Source: a virus. From it: a DNA stretch of 57,778 bases. Position 1 is the first letter of the stretch. Each line of letters starts with the position of its first letter. This document shows, in pieces, positions 26,485 through 35,258 of this stretch. A model generated the notes under the pieces. That model was not told where the DNA came from, ran no database searches, and worked only from the letters and a program-made list of their open reading frames with translations. The stretch lies in the IMG/VR virus record IMGVR_UViG_3300034143_000002. One strand, 5' to 3'. The translations under genes and the position numbers were made by a program.

Positions 26485-27007
26485 GTTTGCGTACTTCCAG
26501 ATCGTTCTCTTTTAACTCTGCTTCCAGTTCAACGATCAGCTGCTGTATCATCCGGCGCTTCCGTTCGTCACCCTTCATCAGCTTATTGATGAAATTCTCC
26601 AGCCCCTCGTTCCAGACGCCATGTCTTTCGACAATGTCGTCAAAGTCCTCTTCGTCATGCCCGACTGTAATCAGGTCGTCTAACTCGTCCTCGTAGTCGC
26701 AGTGCTTCAGCTCGTGATCTACTAAAGCGACCTTCCACTTCAACGGGCGCAAATCCCACTTCGGTTTGGTAATCTCGATGCAGAAGAAAGATTCCGGCTC
26801 GCCCTCAGAGCCCGGTGTTGCGAGATGGGCCATGAGCCCCGTCACTTTGCGCGCCCGCCCGGCAAGCTCCCTTCCCATTTGCTTCGGCGGTTCACTCACG
26901 AAGACGTACTCGATGCGTGCGCCGGCGAGCTGCGGGTGAAACAAATCAATCAGCCTCTGAGCGATGTATCTGGCCTCGTGTGCGGGCCCATATTCTTTTC
27001 TGGGCAT
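26420..27007 (-). CDS. Putative phage metallopeptidase (HExxH)
   Basis: VALVDHELKHC (HELKH) followed by an acidic segment, in SprT/phage-metallopeptidase style. Confidence 0.55.
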   Translation of the reverse strand: MPRKEYGPAHEARYIAQRLIDLFHPQLAGARIEYVFVSEPPKQMGRELAGRARKVTGLMAHLATPGSEGEPESFFCIEITKPKWDLRPLKWKVALVDHELKHCDYEDELDDLITVGHDEEDFDDIVERHGVWNEGLENFINKLMKGDERKRRMIQQLIVELEAELKENDLEVRKHEARAKTKRAPERISLRRDAH

Positions 27008-27031
27008 CTTGATTCAAAGAGCGTTAAATTT

Positions 27032-27217
27032 TCACTGCTGATTGCTGACCAGTTCGACCTGTCCATGCGTGATAAAGAACTGTGCCCCGCAATCGTGAGG
27101 GCAAATGACAGAAGTGTCAGCCGACCAAGTGCCATCCTCGTGCTCCGTGATCTCGTGATCGTCGAGTGACATCGAACCGCCGCAACGTGGACAAGGGATC
27201 GTCTTCATTTCACCCAC
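27032..27217 (-). CDS. Small zinc-ribbon protein (61 aa)
   Basis: CPRCGG...CPHDCG. Confidence 0.5.
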   Translation of the reverse strand: MGEMKTIPCPRCGGSMSLDDHEITEHEDGTWSADTSVICPHDCGAQFFITHGQVELVSNQQ

Positions 27218-27272
27218 CCTCCATAACCGGAGTAGGAGATAACGATTAAGAAAATTTTAAATAACCAGCTTC

Positions 27273-27401
27273 TCACGACTTCTGCTCCCTCTGCGCCCGC
27301 TCCTTGTAGTAGTTATCGAGCAGTTTCCCGATAACTAAACTCAGGATGCCGATCAGAGCGACGATGACACTGGCTACACCGCTATCTAATTTCCTGCGCA
27401 T
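27273..27401 (-). CDS. Very small single-TM protein candidate (42 aa, below ORF-track cutoff)
   Basis: Manual translation: MRRKLDSGVASVIVALIGILSLVIGKLLDNYYKERAQREQKS. Overlaps the HD-GYP stop by 16 nt. Confidence 0.3.
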   Translation of the reverse strand: MRRKLDSGVASVIVALIGILSLVIGKLLDNYYKERAQREQKS

Positions 27402-28027
27402 TGAAGCTTCTCCTCTGGAATTCTGAAGAACGCTTGAACTACTCTTGGGTCGAACTGGCTCCCACTACAGCGCGTCAGCGCCGCGGCTGCCGCCTGATAG
27501 CCTAAACCTGCGCGATAGCATCGATCATTCGTAATGGCGTCATAAGCGTCGGCCACAGCCACGACGCGCGCTCCAAGGGTGATCCCTGCGCCTGCAAGGC
27601 CGCACGGGTACCCGTATCCGTCAAATCGCTCGTGATGCTGGCCGACGATATCAACGATATGGACTGGCATCTCCAGCTCGGCGAGGGCCGCTGTGCCCTC
27701 GATGACATGTGCTCGCATGTGCATGCGCTCGATGGCCGTTAATGCGGCTTCCTTCTTGAGCACAGAGTCTTTCGTGCAAATCTTGCCGATGTCGTGAAGC
27801 TGTGCGCCGTAATAGAGCGCGAGCAAAGCGCCCCGCTCAAGCTTCAACTCTCTGCCGATAAGCACAGAGACACGCGCGACCCTCACGGAGTGATCGCGCG
27901 TGCCTCTGTCTTTCAGTTTGAGAGCGACGAGCAGGGCAGCCGTTGCCGCTCGCAGTTCGTTAGCGTTCACGCCCTCTCTTCTGCTCCTGTAAAAGCTTGT
28001 CCCGAATCTTCTCGACGTTTTGATCAA
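27386..28027 (-). CDS. Stand-alone HD-GYP domain phosphodiesterase
   Basis: QLHDIGK plus HHERFDGYGYP motifs intact; no receiver or sensor domain. An alternative GTG start at 27970 (after GAGAGGG) would give an 11-nt overlap with the upstream gene. Confidence 0.85.
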   Translation of the reverse strand: MIKTSRRFGTSFYRSRREGVNANELRAATAALLVALKLKDRGTRDHSVRVARVSVLIGRELKLERGALLALYYGAQLHDIGKICTKDSVLKKEAALTAIERMHMRAHVIEGTAALAELEMPVHIVDIVGQHHERFDGYGYPCGLAGAGITLGARVVAVADAYDAITNDRCYRAGLGYQAAAAALTRCSGSQFDPRVVQAFFRIPEEKLQCAGN

Positions 28028-28253
28028 TGCGCTCGACCGTTTTCCATCGCTCTTCTAATAATTCGCGCGTGACAGTCTTTTCCTGTGCACGCTCGACCGC
28101 ATCAATCCTGTCAGAGGTTCGAGCCTGCGAAACCCAGACGGAGAGAGCTCCGCCGATGGTGGAGAGAATTAGTGCAGCTATGATTGTTCCCGCGATCTGC
28201 GAGAATGAGAGATGCCCTGATGCAGGCGTTCTGCCCTGTACCACCTCTGACAT
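27960..28253 (-). CDS. N-terminal TM plus coiled-coil protein (97 aa), i-spanin/holin-accessory-like
   Basis: IAGTIIAALILSTIGGALSVWV, then a charged helical tail. Confidence 0.5.
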   Translation of the reverse strand: MSEVVQGRTPASGHLSFSQIAGTIIAALILSTIGGALSVWVSQARTSDRIDAVERAQEKTVTRELLEERWKTVERIDQNVEKIRDKLLQEQKRGRER

Positions 28254-28262
28254 GCGCGCTCC

Positions 28263-28670
28263 TTACTGCTGCGGAAACGCCTGATTCAAAGCGTCGCGCA
28301 ACGGGACGAGGAAGCGGGCGAACTTCGGACGCCTGATCTTGTCTGCGACCAGCGCTGTCACGGTGGAGATGGCCTGATTGATGAGCAGGTCCTGCCAGCC
28401 GCTGAACACACTCGAAGATGCTGCCGCACTCAGGGCCTGCACGTTCGAACCGCCGGGAAGCGCCAGCGCCCAGTTCAGCAGATTGCCTGTCTTGACTTTG
28501 TCTTTCTGTCCCCAGAACAGGGAGTAAAGCGCCATCAGAGCGCCGATGAACTGGATGACGTAGGTGACGAAACCTTCCTGCTGCTCAGGAGTGATCTTGC
28601 CTTTTGTGGCGAGAAAGGTGCCGATGAGTCCGAGTGCCCAGCGAAGTGCGGATGCGATTTGTGGATTCAT
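28263..28670 (-). CDS. Holin-like membrane protein (135 aa)
   Basis: GGAGG 5 nt before ATG 28670. MNPQIASALRWALGLIGTFLATKG...VIQFIGALMALYSLFWGQKDK gives 2 TM segments. Confidence 0.5.
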   Translation of the reverse strand: MNPQIASALRWALGLIGTFLATKGKITPEQQEGFVTYVIQFIGALMALYSLFWGQKDKVKTGNLLNWALALPGGSNVQALSAAASSSVFSGWQDLLINQAISTVTALVADKIRRPKFARFLVPLRDALNQAFPQQ

Positions 28671-28820
28671 ATAGCCTCCGAATAAAAGATTTGGCAGGCG
28701 CAAGGGGCTTGAAGAGGCACACAGGACGACCTGAGTCCAAAATGTGATCGCCAACGCTTTGCGGTGCGGCAGCTCCATTCCGAGAGCGCCTGCTTGAGGC
28801 CAGAGACTAGACCAAAGAAG

Positions 28821-28846
28821 TAATTAATTTTTTGGGGGTGTGAGTA
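28821..28846. promoter_or_regulatory. Module-boundary motif copy
   Basis: TAATTAATTTTTTGGGGGTGTGAGTA, ending 1 nt before the stop of 28847..29377. Confidence 0.6.
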
Positions 28847-29377
28847 TTAGGGAAGAACCATCGAAGACGGAGATTTCTGCTCCGTCCAGCAGTAGACCAT
28901 CTCAAATGCCCCGCGTGAGATATCCGGCCTTTGTCGCCGGCGCTCATCGATCATCCGGGTCGTAAGCATGCCTGCAAGTATCGCCTCTACATCATGCTCG
29001 GGAAGCTTCGTCTCTTCACAGAGGTCTTCGAGCGTAAGGCAGCTATAAGCCTTGAATGCTTGTGTAATGGCTTCAAGGTCTCTGTCTACCGTGCGCGTCC
29101 CTCGATTGCGAACGCTGCCAATCGCTTCGTTCAGAATATCGGCATAACCCGGATGCTTGAGTGCCAGCGCGAGCAACTCTCGTCCGAGGTCGAGCGATTC
29201 CTGATGCTGATCATTATCTCCCGCCCGCTTCCTGCACGGCTTGCATTGATTCTGCCGGCCGTCCTTTTGTTTACGGTTCGCCTGAAAACTATCAAGCGAC
29301 TTCTCCTGCCCGCATTTCGAGCAGCGTTTGAGCGTAATATTTGACGGAAGCACTTCGAGGGATAGGGATTGCATCAT
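28847..29377 (-). CDS. Zinc-finger plus wHTH-like regulator candidate (176 aa)
   Basis: CSKCGQEKSLDSF.....DGRQNQCKPCRK, then a helical C-terminal domain. Confidence 0.5.
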   Translation of the reverse strand: MMQSLSLEVLPSNITLKRCSKCGQEKSLDSFQANRKQKDGRQNQCKPCRKRAGDNDQHQESLDLGRELLALALKHPGYADILNEAIGSVRNRGTRTVDRDLEAITQAFKAYSCLTLEDLCEETKLPEHDVEAILAGMLTTRMIDERRRQRPDISRGAFEMVYCWTEQKSPSSMVLP

Positions 29378-29422
29378 AAATCTATAGTGCCTGCTCCTGA
29401 TGAGGAGGTGCTGAATTGAGTC

Positions 29423-29959
29423 TTACGCGCGCCGCCGCGCCCGCCTGGCCTGTTCCCGCTCGTATTCCAGCCGGGCAGCTTCAGAGCGAATCTGCCTCAG
29501 CTTGACGATATATTGCTCGAAAGCACCACGTGGAAGGAGAGAAAGCTGTAATTTCAACTCCGTGGAGACATCCGTCTGATCCCGTGCGATCGTAATCAGC
29601 GCGCCACTCGCCTCCAGTTCCGGAAGACGCGCCTCCTGCGATGGTCGAAGCTTCCCGTCTCTGTCCTTACATTCAATCGCCCAGAACCGCCCCGTGACCG
29701 GCACAAGGGCCGAGATGTCTGGCCAGCCGTCGGGATAGCAGAGTTGGCGCGGACCTTTGACCGTCTGAAGGGTCATCGAGTCTGTAACCTCGGCGATCAC
29801 GTTCGAACGGAGTAGATATTTCAAGATCACAGAGCGGATTTTCGATTCCGGGACATCCAGCGCGCGCAGATCCGATGGAACAGCGCGAGTCCTTCGCCTG
29901 TCCTCCGGAAATAGCCCGCCGCTGAAAGTGCGCCCCGTCATCCCTTGCTGCTTATACAT
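29423..29959 (-). CDS. VRR-NUC domain nuclease
   Basis: DGWPDISALVPVTGRFWAIECKDRDGKLRPSQEARLPELEASGA (PD-(D/E)xK, VRR-NUC pattern). Confidence 0.8.
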   Translation of the reverse strand: MYKQQGMTGRTFSGGLFPEDRRRTRAVPSDLRALDVPESKIRSVILKYLLRSNVIAEVTDSMTLQTVKGPRQLCYPDGWPDISALVPVTGRFWAIECKDRDGKLRPSQEARLPELEASGALITIARDQTDVSTELKLQLSLLPRGAFEQYIVKLRQIRSEAARLEYEREQARRARRRA

Positions 29960-29968
29960 AAGCGGGGA

Positions 29969-29995
29969 GATTTATTTTTTGAGCCTGTGAGTAAG
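29969..29995. promoter_or_regulatory. Module-boundary motif copy (10 nt upstream of VRR-NUC start)
   Basis: GATTTATTTTTTGAGCCTGTGAGTAAG. Confidence 0.55.
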
Positions 29996-30142
29996 CAGGC
30001 CGGGGCATGCGAGGCGAACCTGACTTAACCAAAAGAAACAGAGCAAATAACAGGGTTAGGCGGGAAGTTCCATACCACTATAGGAATGGAGCATCAGAAC
30101 TCCTGCGATGCCAGCGTTCAATCAAGTATTGATGAGAATTCA

Positions 30143-30352
30143 TTAAAAGATTCTACGATCTCCTTCTGATATAGGGCGGAATGCGATATACCAGTCTAAA
30201 GAATTTGAACCGCTCTCATAAACACATGCCCCCTTGATTCGAGCAAAATCTATCCAGCGAGCAATTGTTGCTTCAATACTGTTGCACTTCCTTGGAGGAT
30301 CTTCGTCAAACTGCTCGCAGATAATCCTTATGGTTTCAACTGGATTGTCCAT
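30143..30352 (-). CDS. Hypothetical protein (69 aa)
   Basis: Internal Met of ORF 30143..30601 (MDNPVETIRI...). The upstream part of that ORF overlaps the better 30336..30608 ORF. Confidence 0.4.
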   Translation of the reverse strand: MDNPVETIRIICEQFDEDPPRKCNSIEATIARWIDFARIKGACVYESGSNSLDWYIAFRPISEGDRRIF

Positions 30353-30608
30353 TTTCAGAATCCGTAGAGATTTCTTCAATGTGAGATAAGATGAAGACAT
30401 CCCACCATTGCCGGCCACAGTTCTCGCACTCTGTACGCTGGCGCACCATCTTTTTGTCGCCATCATCAACCATCTCGAACTCGAACCTATGGGGCGGGAC
30501 AATTTCTTTGCCCCCGCAGTATGGGCACATCTGACCTTGTATGCGTGCGTAGCTCCGCTGGTCAATTTCAGTAATTTCACCGTCACCTGATGCCATCTCA
30601 TCCACCAT
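30336..30608 (-). CDS. Zinc-ribbon protein (90 aa)
   Basis: CPYCGG...CENCG. Confidence 0.5.
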   Translation of the reverse strand: MVDEMASGDGEITEIDQRSYARIQGQMCPYCGGKEIVPPHRFEFEMVDDGDKKMVRQRTECENCGRQWWDVFILSHIEEISTDSENGQSS

Positions 30609-30900
30609 ACATCGATTGATACTTCATATTTCTTGCCTCTTCGGGGTGCGCGTAAACAATCCCGTGAATCTCGTCGAGGATCACTTCACCCGGCTTGAAC
30701 ATTCGGTGATACTCCGTGCGCGTGCCGAACCTCTTGAGCCATTTCTTTTGCCAGCGGCGGCTACTTTTTCGCTTGTGCCGCTTGACCTGAACCTCTACGC
30801 GAGAGAGCGGCACTTCGATTATCTGAAGGCCACCCAAGGCTTGGGCAGGAAAGGGCTGGAAGCCTGGATTGTCAGCCATTACCATCCTCCGCAGCGTCAA
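30598..30900 (-). CDS. Hypothetical basic protein (100 aa)
   Basis: ORF track; overlaps the downstream gene by 11 nt. Confidence 0.45.
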   Translation of the reverse strand: MTLRRMVMADNPGFQPFPAQALGGLQIIEVPLSRVEVQVKRHKRKSSRRWQKKWLKRFGTRTEYHRMFKPGEVILDEIHGIVYAHPEEARNMKYQSMYGG

Positions 30901-31048
30901 ATTCCGTCAAAGTGGCGACTGGCTTCATCCGGTAGGAGTCCCTGCGATTTTGGCTCCGGTGAGAGGTGCATACGCCGGAAAAGCTTTCGCCTGCCGGCAA
31001 ATTGAGCCAGATGCTGGGATCCTACGAAATATGCTGGAAATGAATCGT

Positions 31049-31270
31049 TTAAGCAGCTTTTGATCTTCGCACTGTGTCAAGCTGCTCAAGGTGCTGCTTG
31101 ACCTTCTTGACGAACTCCAGCGTGCCCGGCGCGAATGCCTGGACAGTATTGCCGCGCTGCGAGTTGGCCGCTTGCCCGTCTTCGACATATTTGACCAGAT
31201 CGCGAACATCGCACTCGATTTCCAGCAGTTCTGAGAGTTCCGTCTCGATCAGTTGTGCTTTATGAGGCAT
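31049..31270 (-). CDS. Hypothetical protein (73 aa)
   Basis: ORF track; GGAGG-like sequence (aggagggatt) before the ATG. Confidence 0.45.
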   Translation of the reverse strand: MPHKAQLIETELSELLEIECDVRDLVKYVEDGQAANSQRGNTVQAFAPGTLEFVKKVKQHLEQLDTVRRSKAA

Positions 31271-31597
31271 AATCCCTCCTACGTCAGGTTAGGAAACATG
31301 AATTGACACGGGGAGTTGGTCTTGATTATTCTTCAAGACGTGAGGGGATTCTGAGGCGGCGCATGTGGCGTGCGCCGAGTGAAGGTTATCCGAACAATAC
31401 TGAGCGCGCTGTGGTGATGTAGCTACAGGGCGCTCATTGATTTTAGAATTACCATATACCACTCCCTTTTAGCCATCGAAGAGAGCCGCATCTTAGTATC
31501 TGCGTCGCAAAGCTGCGCGCCGTCGAGCTCGACGGTCGCGCCACGTGCGCCACCAATTTCTAAATGATGATAGCCAGTTGAACATGAAAGTCTTTTC

Positions 31598-32968
31598 TTA
31601 TGCTGCGCGCTCGTCCTCTTCCGCCACTGACCGCGGGGCTTGTTGAGATTCCCGTGCAGCGAGCAGCGCGGCTGAAGGATTTTGTTTATGATCAACCAGT
31701 ATCTTCTGGACTGTGGACATGGCCACCTCTCGATCACCCAGTGCATCGGCAAAACTATTCGTCAGGCTGGCCTCAGCCTGCGGGTAAAAACGCTTGAACA
31801 GACGCTCACATTGTTCGCGCGTGGCATGCTTGAATTCGATCTTCACATCCACACGCCCATCTCGGATCAGTCGACTATTTAGGCGGTCGAGATGATTCGT
31901 CGTCATAAAGACCATGCAGCCCTCCCGGGCCGTAATGCCATCGAGAGCCTGTAATAATCCTTGAAAGGTCACGCTGTGGTATGAATCCGCGGAGATAACC
32001 CGCTCACCGCTGACAGCAGCATCCACTTCTTCGATCAGGACTATGCTGCCTGGAGGTACGGCGATCAACAATTCATTGAGCCGCTCATCGGTCATCATCG
32101 TCCCGCCCACATTGAGAATATAGAGGGGGATATTGAACTCATGAGCGATGGCTTCGATGATCGAAGTCTTGCCCGAGCCCATGACGCCGTGCAGCAGATA
32201 GCCGCGCCGGTAAGGAATGCCGAGCGAGCCGTACCATTGGCGTGATTCAAGGAACTCCCGCACGTCCTCAGTCAGTTTCTCCAGGATAGAGCTGGGGAAG
32301 ACGAGGCTTGCGAAGGTGCGCCGGTTGATCTTTGCCAGCCGGACCCATTGGCCGTAGTTTGAACTGTATATCTCGCAGCGGCCCCGCGTGGCATCAATCG
32401 TGCATTGGCGCGCCGCCTCTAAAAGCTCGCGCATCCGCTCCTGGCGACGACCGAACATGCGGATATGAAAATATTCAATCACGGGCCCGCGCAGAGCTTC
32501 CTGAGTGGCCTCCATCGCATCCTTGCGTACTCGCCAGAGCCAGACTCGGCGGCCACGGAATCGGAAAATATGATGTCCGGGCGCTGGGGTGAAGAGGATG
32601 CGTGGGACAATGCGTTGCGTGGAATTGTGTGGCGTGTGTTGATTGAGCGCCCGTTCCTCGCTGTGCTTCATCTGGGCCGTGAGCGACCGACAGCGTAGGC
32701 TATAAGGATGCTTATCCAAAAACAGGGCGACACTGTCAAAGAGCGGATCGTTATTTATGATGTCAACTTGAATGATTATCTGGCGCTTGAGCCATGACCA
32801 AAACGCCCTCGGTGTGTTCCGACTCAAGGCGACGAGGCTGGTAGTGATGATGAGTAGAATGCCGCCTGAGACGATCTGGCTTTCAAGTGTCTGGCGGAGA
32901 TGCGCAATAAGTTGCTGCCACATTTCAAATTTCCTCGGAGGAGCTTGACCGCTCTCTAAATAAAGCAC
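31598..32968 (-). CDS. Membrane-anchored AAA+ ATPase, BCS1-like
   Basis: TM GGILLIITTSLVAL. YRRGYLLHGVMGSGKTS (Walker A), IVLIEEVDAA (Walker B), MVFMTTNHLDRLNSRLIRDGRVDVKIEF (sensor/Arg finger region). Start overlaps the helicase stop (TAGTG). Confidence 0.8.
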   Translation of the reverse strand: MLYLESGQAPPRKFEMWQQLIAHLRQTLESQIVSGGILLIITTSLVALSRNTPRAFWSWLKRQIIIQVDIINNDPLFDSVALFLDKHPYSLRCRSLTAQMKHSEERALNQHTPHNSTQRIVPRILFTPAPGHHIFRFRGRRVWLWRVRKDAMEATQEALRGPVIEYFHIRMFGRRQERMRELLEAARQCTIDATRGRCEIYSSNYGQWVRLAKINRRTFASLVFPSSILEKLTEDVREFLESRQWYGSLGIPYRRGYLLHGVMGSGKTSIIEAIAHEFNIPLYILNVGGTMMTDERLNELLIAVPPGSIVLIEEVDAAVSGERVISADSYHSVTFQGLLQALDGITAREGCMVFMTTNHLDRLNSRLIRDGRVDVKIEFKHATREQCERLFKRFYPQAEASLTNSFADALGDREVAMSTVQKILVDHKQNPSAALLAARESQQAPRSVAEEDERAA

Positions 32969-34464
32969 TACTGGTGAACATTAATCTTGAATCCCTTTTC
33001 TACTAACCCGTGAAGCCGCTTCCCGTATTGATCAAACTCTTCCCTGGTCATAATGATGTCGTGCTGGGTCGAAGCATCGGAGTGAAGGAGTCGGCCTGTC
33101 CGTTGCAACTCCTGCCTCCGGGAACCGAAGAGGAAATCGGCCTCGATGATGTGTTCCAGGTCATTGATCGAGACGCCTTCATCCATCACGCGCGAGGCGA
33201 CAAAGGCTTTGCTTGCGCGCGCCACGTCCATCCGCTTCGAAGTCCCCCCATGCACATGAGGGAGAGAAAACCGCTTGGCGATCTGCGTCCCGAAGTCAAT
33301 GGAATCGGCGAAGATGAGCGTTTTTCTACCCGGATGATAGAGGTCGCCGATTTTGATGAGCTTCGAGGCTAGTGAAGATACGATCCACACGTCCACCGTA
33401 TGAAAGTCTTTACCGAGGATGGCGATAAGAGATTTCCAGTCCTGGCCGATCGGATATCCCGTCAGCGCGATAATGTAATTGGTGCGCCCGTCTTCGCGGT
33501 AGGGCGAAGCAGAGAGGCCCATCCGGTATTTCGTCTTGAGGGTGGCGAGCTTGGAGAAAGTGGTCGCCGGCAGCCGGTGGCATTCGTCGAAGAGCACCAT
33601 CTGAAATTCACTCTTCCGCACTTTTTCGTAAGCGTTGTAGGTGACGACCTCGAGGTCTCCGCTACTTACCCTGTAGAGCAATTCGTTAAATAGACGCGGA
33701 GCATGCTCTTTTAGATAACCCTTCCACTGATCAACCAGCGTGCGCGTCGGCACGACGATCAATTTTCTCCCCTTAATCGAATCCAGTGCGGCCATCGCGA
33801 GAAAGGATTTCCCGGCACTGGTCATCCAGAAGATGCCGACGGCTCCTAGCCGCATGAACTCCTTGTAAGCGTCACCCTGGAATTCATATTTACCCTCGAA
33901 GTTGAATTTGACCTCGGGTGATCTCTTGTCGGCCTCGGCAACGGGGCGGGGTACAAAAGGGAGATAGCCATCTTCGATGAGCTGAGCGAGAAGCTGAAAC
34001 TCTTTTCCGCGAGTAATGACGCCGGAGTCAGAGCGCAGGCCGGAGAGATATGATTTGTAGTGCTCGGCGACAGGCTTGTCCTGGCGGTTAAAGAGGAGCT
34101 TGCCGTCCAGTACCTGAAGATCACCCGGAGGCTTTTCCAGCCCTGTCGCGGCTCTCAGGTCTTCGGGCACGTCTCCGAGCCAGAGCGTATAGCGGTTAAT
34201 GAGAAAGAGGTTGTAAGAGGCCGTCGCACGCTCAAGCCAGCCGACGGAGAAATCCACGAAGCGAGGCACGACGCAATACCACTCGTGGCCGCGCTTCGGA
34301 ACTAATACATAAGGCTCTTTGAGAAACGCTGTAAAGTCGGCCTCTTTAAGCTGAGGATAGTGTGCGGACGCCAGCGCCCGCGCGCGCATCCGGGCCAGGC
34401 GCAACTCTTCTTCAGCTTCATTCAGGAGCGATTGTGCGTAGGAGATTTTTTGGTAGAGTTCCAT
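32968..34464 (-). CDS. SF2 (DEAD/DEAH-like, XPB/Res-type) helicase
   Basis: WMTSAGKSFLA (motif I), VLFDECHRLPA (motif II DECH), LSASP, and C-terminal helicase motifs FGSRRQELQRTGR. Confidence 0.85.
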   Translation of the reverse strand: MELYQKISYAQSLLNEAEEELRLARMRARALASAHYPQLKEADFTAFLKEPYVLVPKRGHEWYCVVPRFVDFSVGWLERATASYNLFLINRYTLWLGDVPEDLRAATGLEKPPGDLQVLDGKLLFNRQDKPVAEHYKSYLSGLRSDSGVITRGKEFQLLAQLIEDGYLPFVPRPVAEADKRSPEVKFNFEGKYEFQGDAYKEFMRLGAVGIFWMTSAGKSFLAMAALDSIKGRKLIVVPTRTLVDQWKGYLKEHAPRLFNELLYRVSSGDLEVVTYNAYEKVRKSEFQMVLFDECHRLPATTFSKLATLKTKYRMGLSASPYREDGRTNYIIALTGYPIGQDWKSLIAILGKDFHTVDVWIVSSLASKLIKIGDLYHPGRKTLIFADSIDFGTQIAKRFSLPHVHGGTSKRMDVARASKAFVASRVMDEGVSINDLEHIIEADFLFGSRRQELQRTGRLLHSDASTQHDIIMTREEFDQYGKRLHGLVEKGFKINVHQ

Positions 34465-34493
34465 TTATCCTAAATTCATCTTTGATGAGACTG

Positions 34494-34949
34494 TCATAGA
34501 GTCAAAGAGAACATACCGTTTTCACGTCCCCTCGAAACCAACCCGCGCCGCTCCAGCGCGCTGATATGCTTTGCAATCGAAGCCTTTGAGCGGATGCCGA
34601 AATGGCGAGCAATCTGCATATATGTGGGTTGGTGCCCTTTCCTTTCAATGAAGCCTCTGATGTATTCGAGAATTTCTCTCTGTCGTTCGGTGCGAGGGAT
34701 GCCCTTTTTGACGAGATCATCTCCAGCTTCAACTTCAGTAGTTTCCGGTACCAATCTAAATAATGGACCCGGAAGTCGAAACGGCTGGTGACATTTCCGG
34801 CAGTAGACCTTCCCTTTCGGCCCGATGTACTTAACATCTTTAGGACTCCACCCCTGCGAGCCGGGATGATGCGGCGAGTGCTGAAGCGTCTCGCATCCGG
34901 GGCACGAGATCGTGACGATCAGGTCCTTAATCTCGAACTGAGCTTTCAT
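34494..34949 (-). CDS. Zinc-ribbon plus LexA-type wHTH DNA-binding protein (no peptidase domain)
   Basis: CPGC...CRKCH, then TERQREILEYIRGFIERKGHQPTYMQIARHFGIRSKASIAKHISALERRGLV. Confidence 0.7.
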   Translation of the reverse strand: MKAQFEIKDLIVTISCPGCETLQHSPHHPGSQGWSPKDVKYIGPKGKVYCRKCHQPFRLPGPLFRLVPETTEVEAGDDLVKKGIPRTERQREILEYIRGFIERKGHQPTYMQIARHFGIRSKASIAKHISALERRGLVSRGRENGMFSLTL

Positions 34950-35242
34950 TGCTTCTTCGCTGGCGGAGCAGCTCGCTTCTTGGAAGGTTTCCGTTTTATC
35001 CGCCGCCCGTCGGTTCTGTAGCCGCGCGCAACATCATCGCCGATGGCGATAGCTTCCTTGGCTTTCAGCCCTCGCTCACGTGCCGCCACGTATGCCCCAA
35101 TGGCTGCGGTCTCGACGGCTTCATCCCACATCCTGCTGCCGAGCCGTTCCAAGGCACGCTGGTCGCAAGGCACGCCGGAATTAACAGCATCAAATAGTTT
35201 CGCGCGATGTTTGCGCCACCAACTCTGAAACGCAATGCTCAA
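34946..35242 (-). CDS. Hypothetical protein (98 aa)
   Basis: 4-nt overlap with the downstream LexA-like gene. Confidence 0.45.
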   Translation of the reverse strand: MSIAFQSWWRKHRAKLFDAVNSGVPCDQRALERLGSRMWDEAVETAAIGAYVAARERGLKAKEAIAIGDDVARGYRTDGRRIKRKPSKKRAAPPAKKQ

Positions 35243-35258
35243 AATTATTCCCTCCCGA

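Noticed and set aside
31423-31752. 109-aa minus-strand ORF overlapping the AAA+ gene end
   Set aside because: It is an alternative frame of the well-supported AAA+ ATPase C-terminus with no independent signal.
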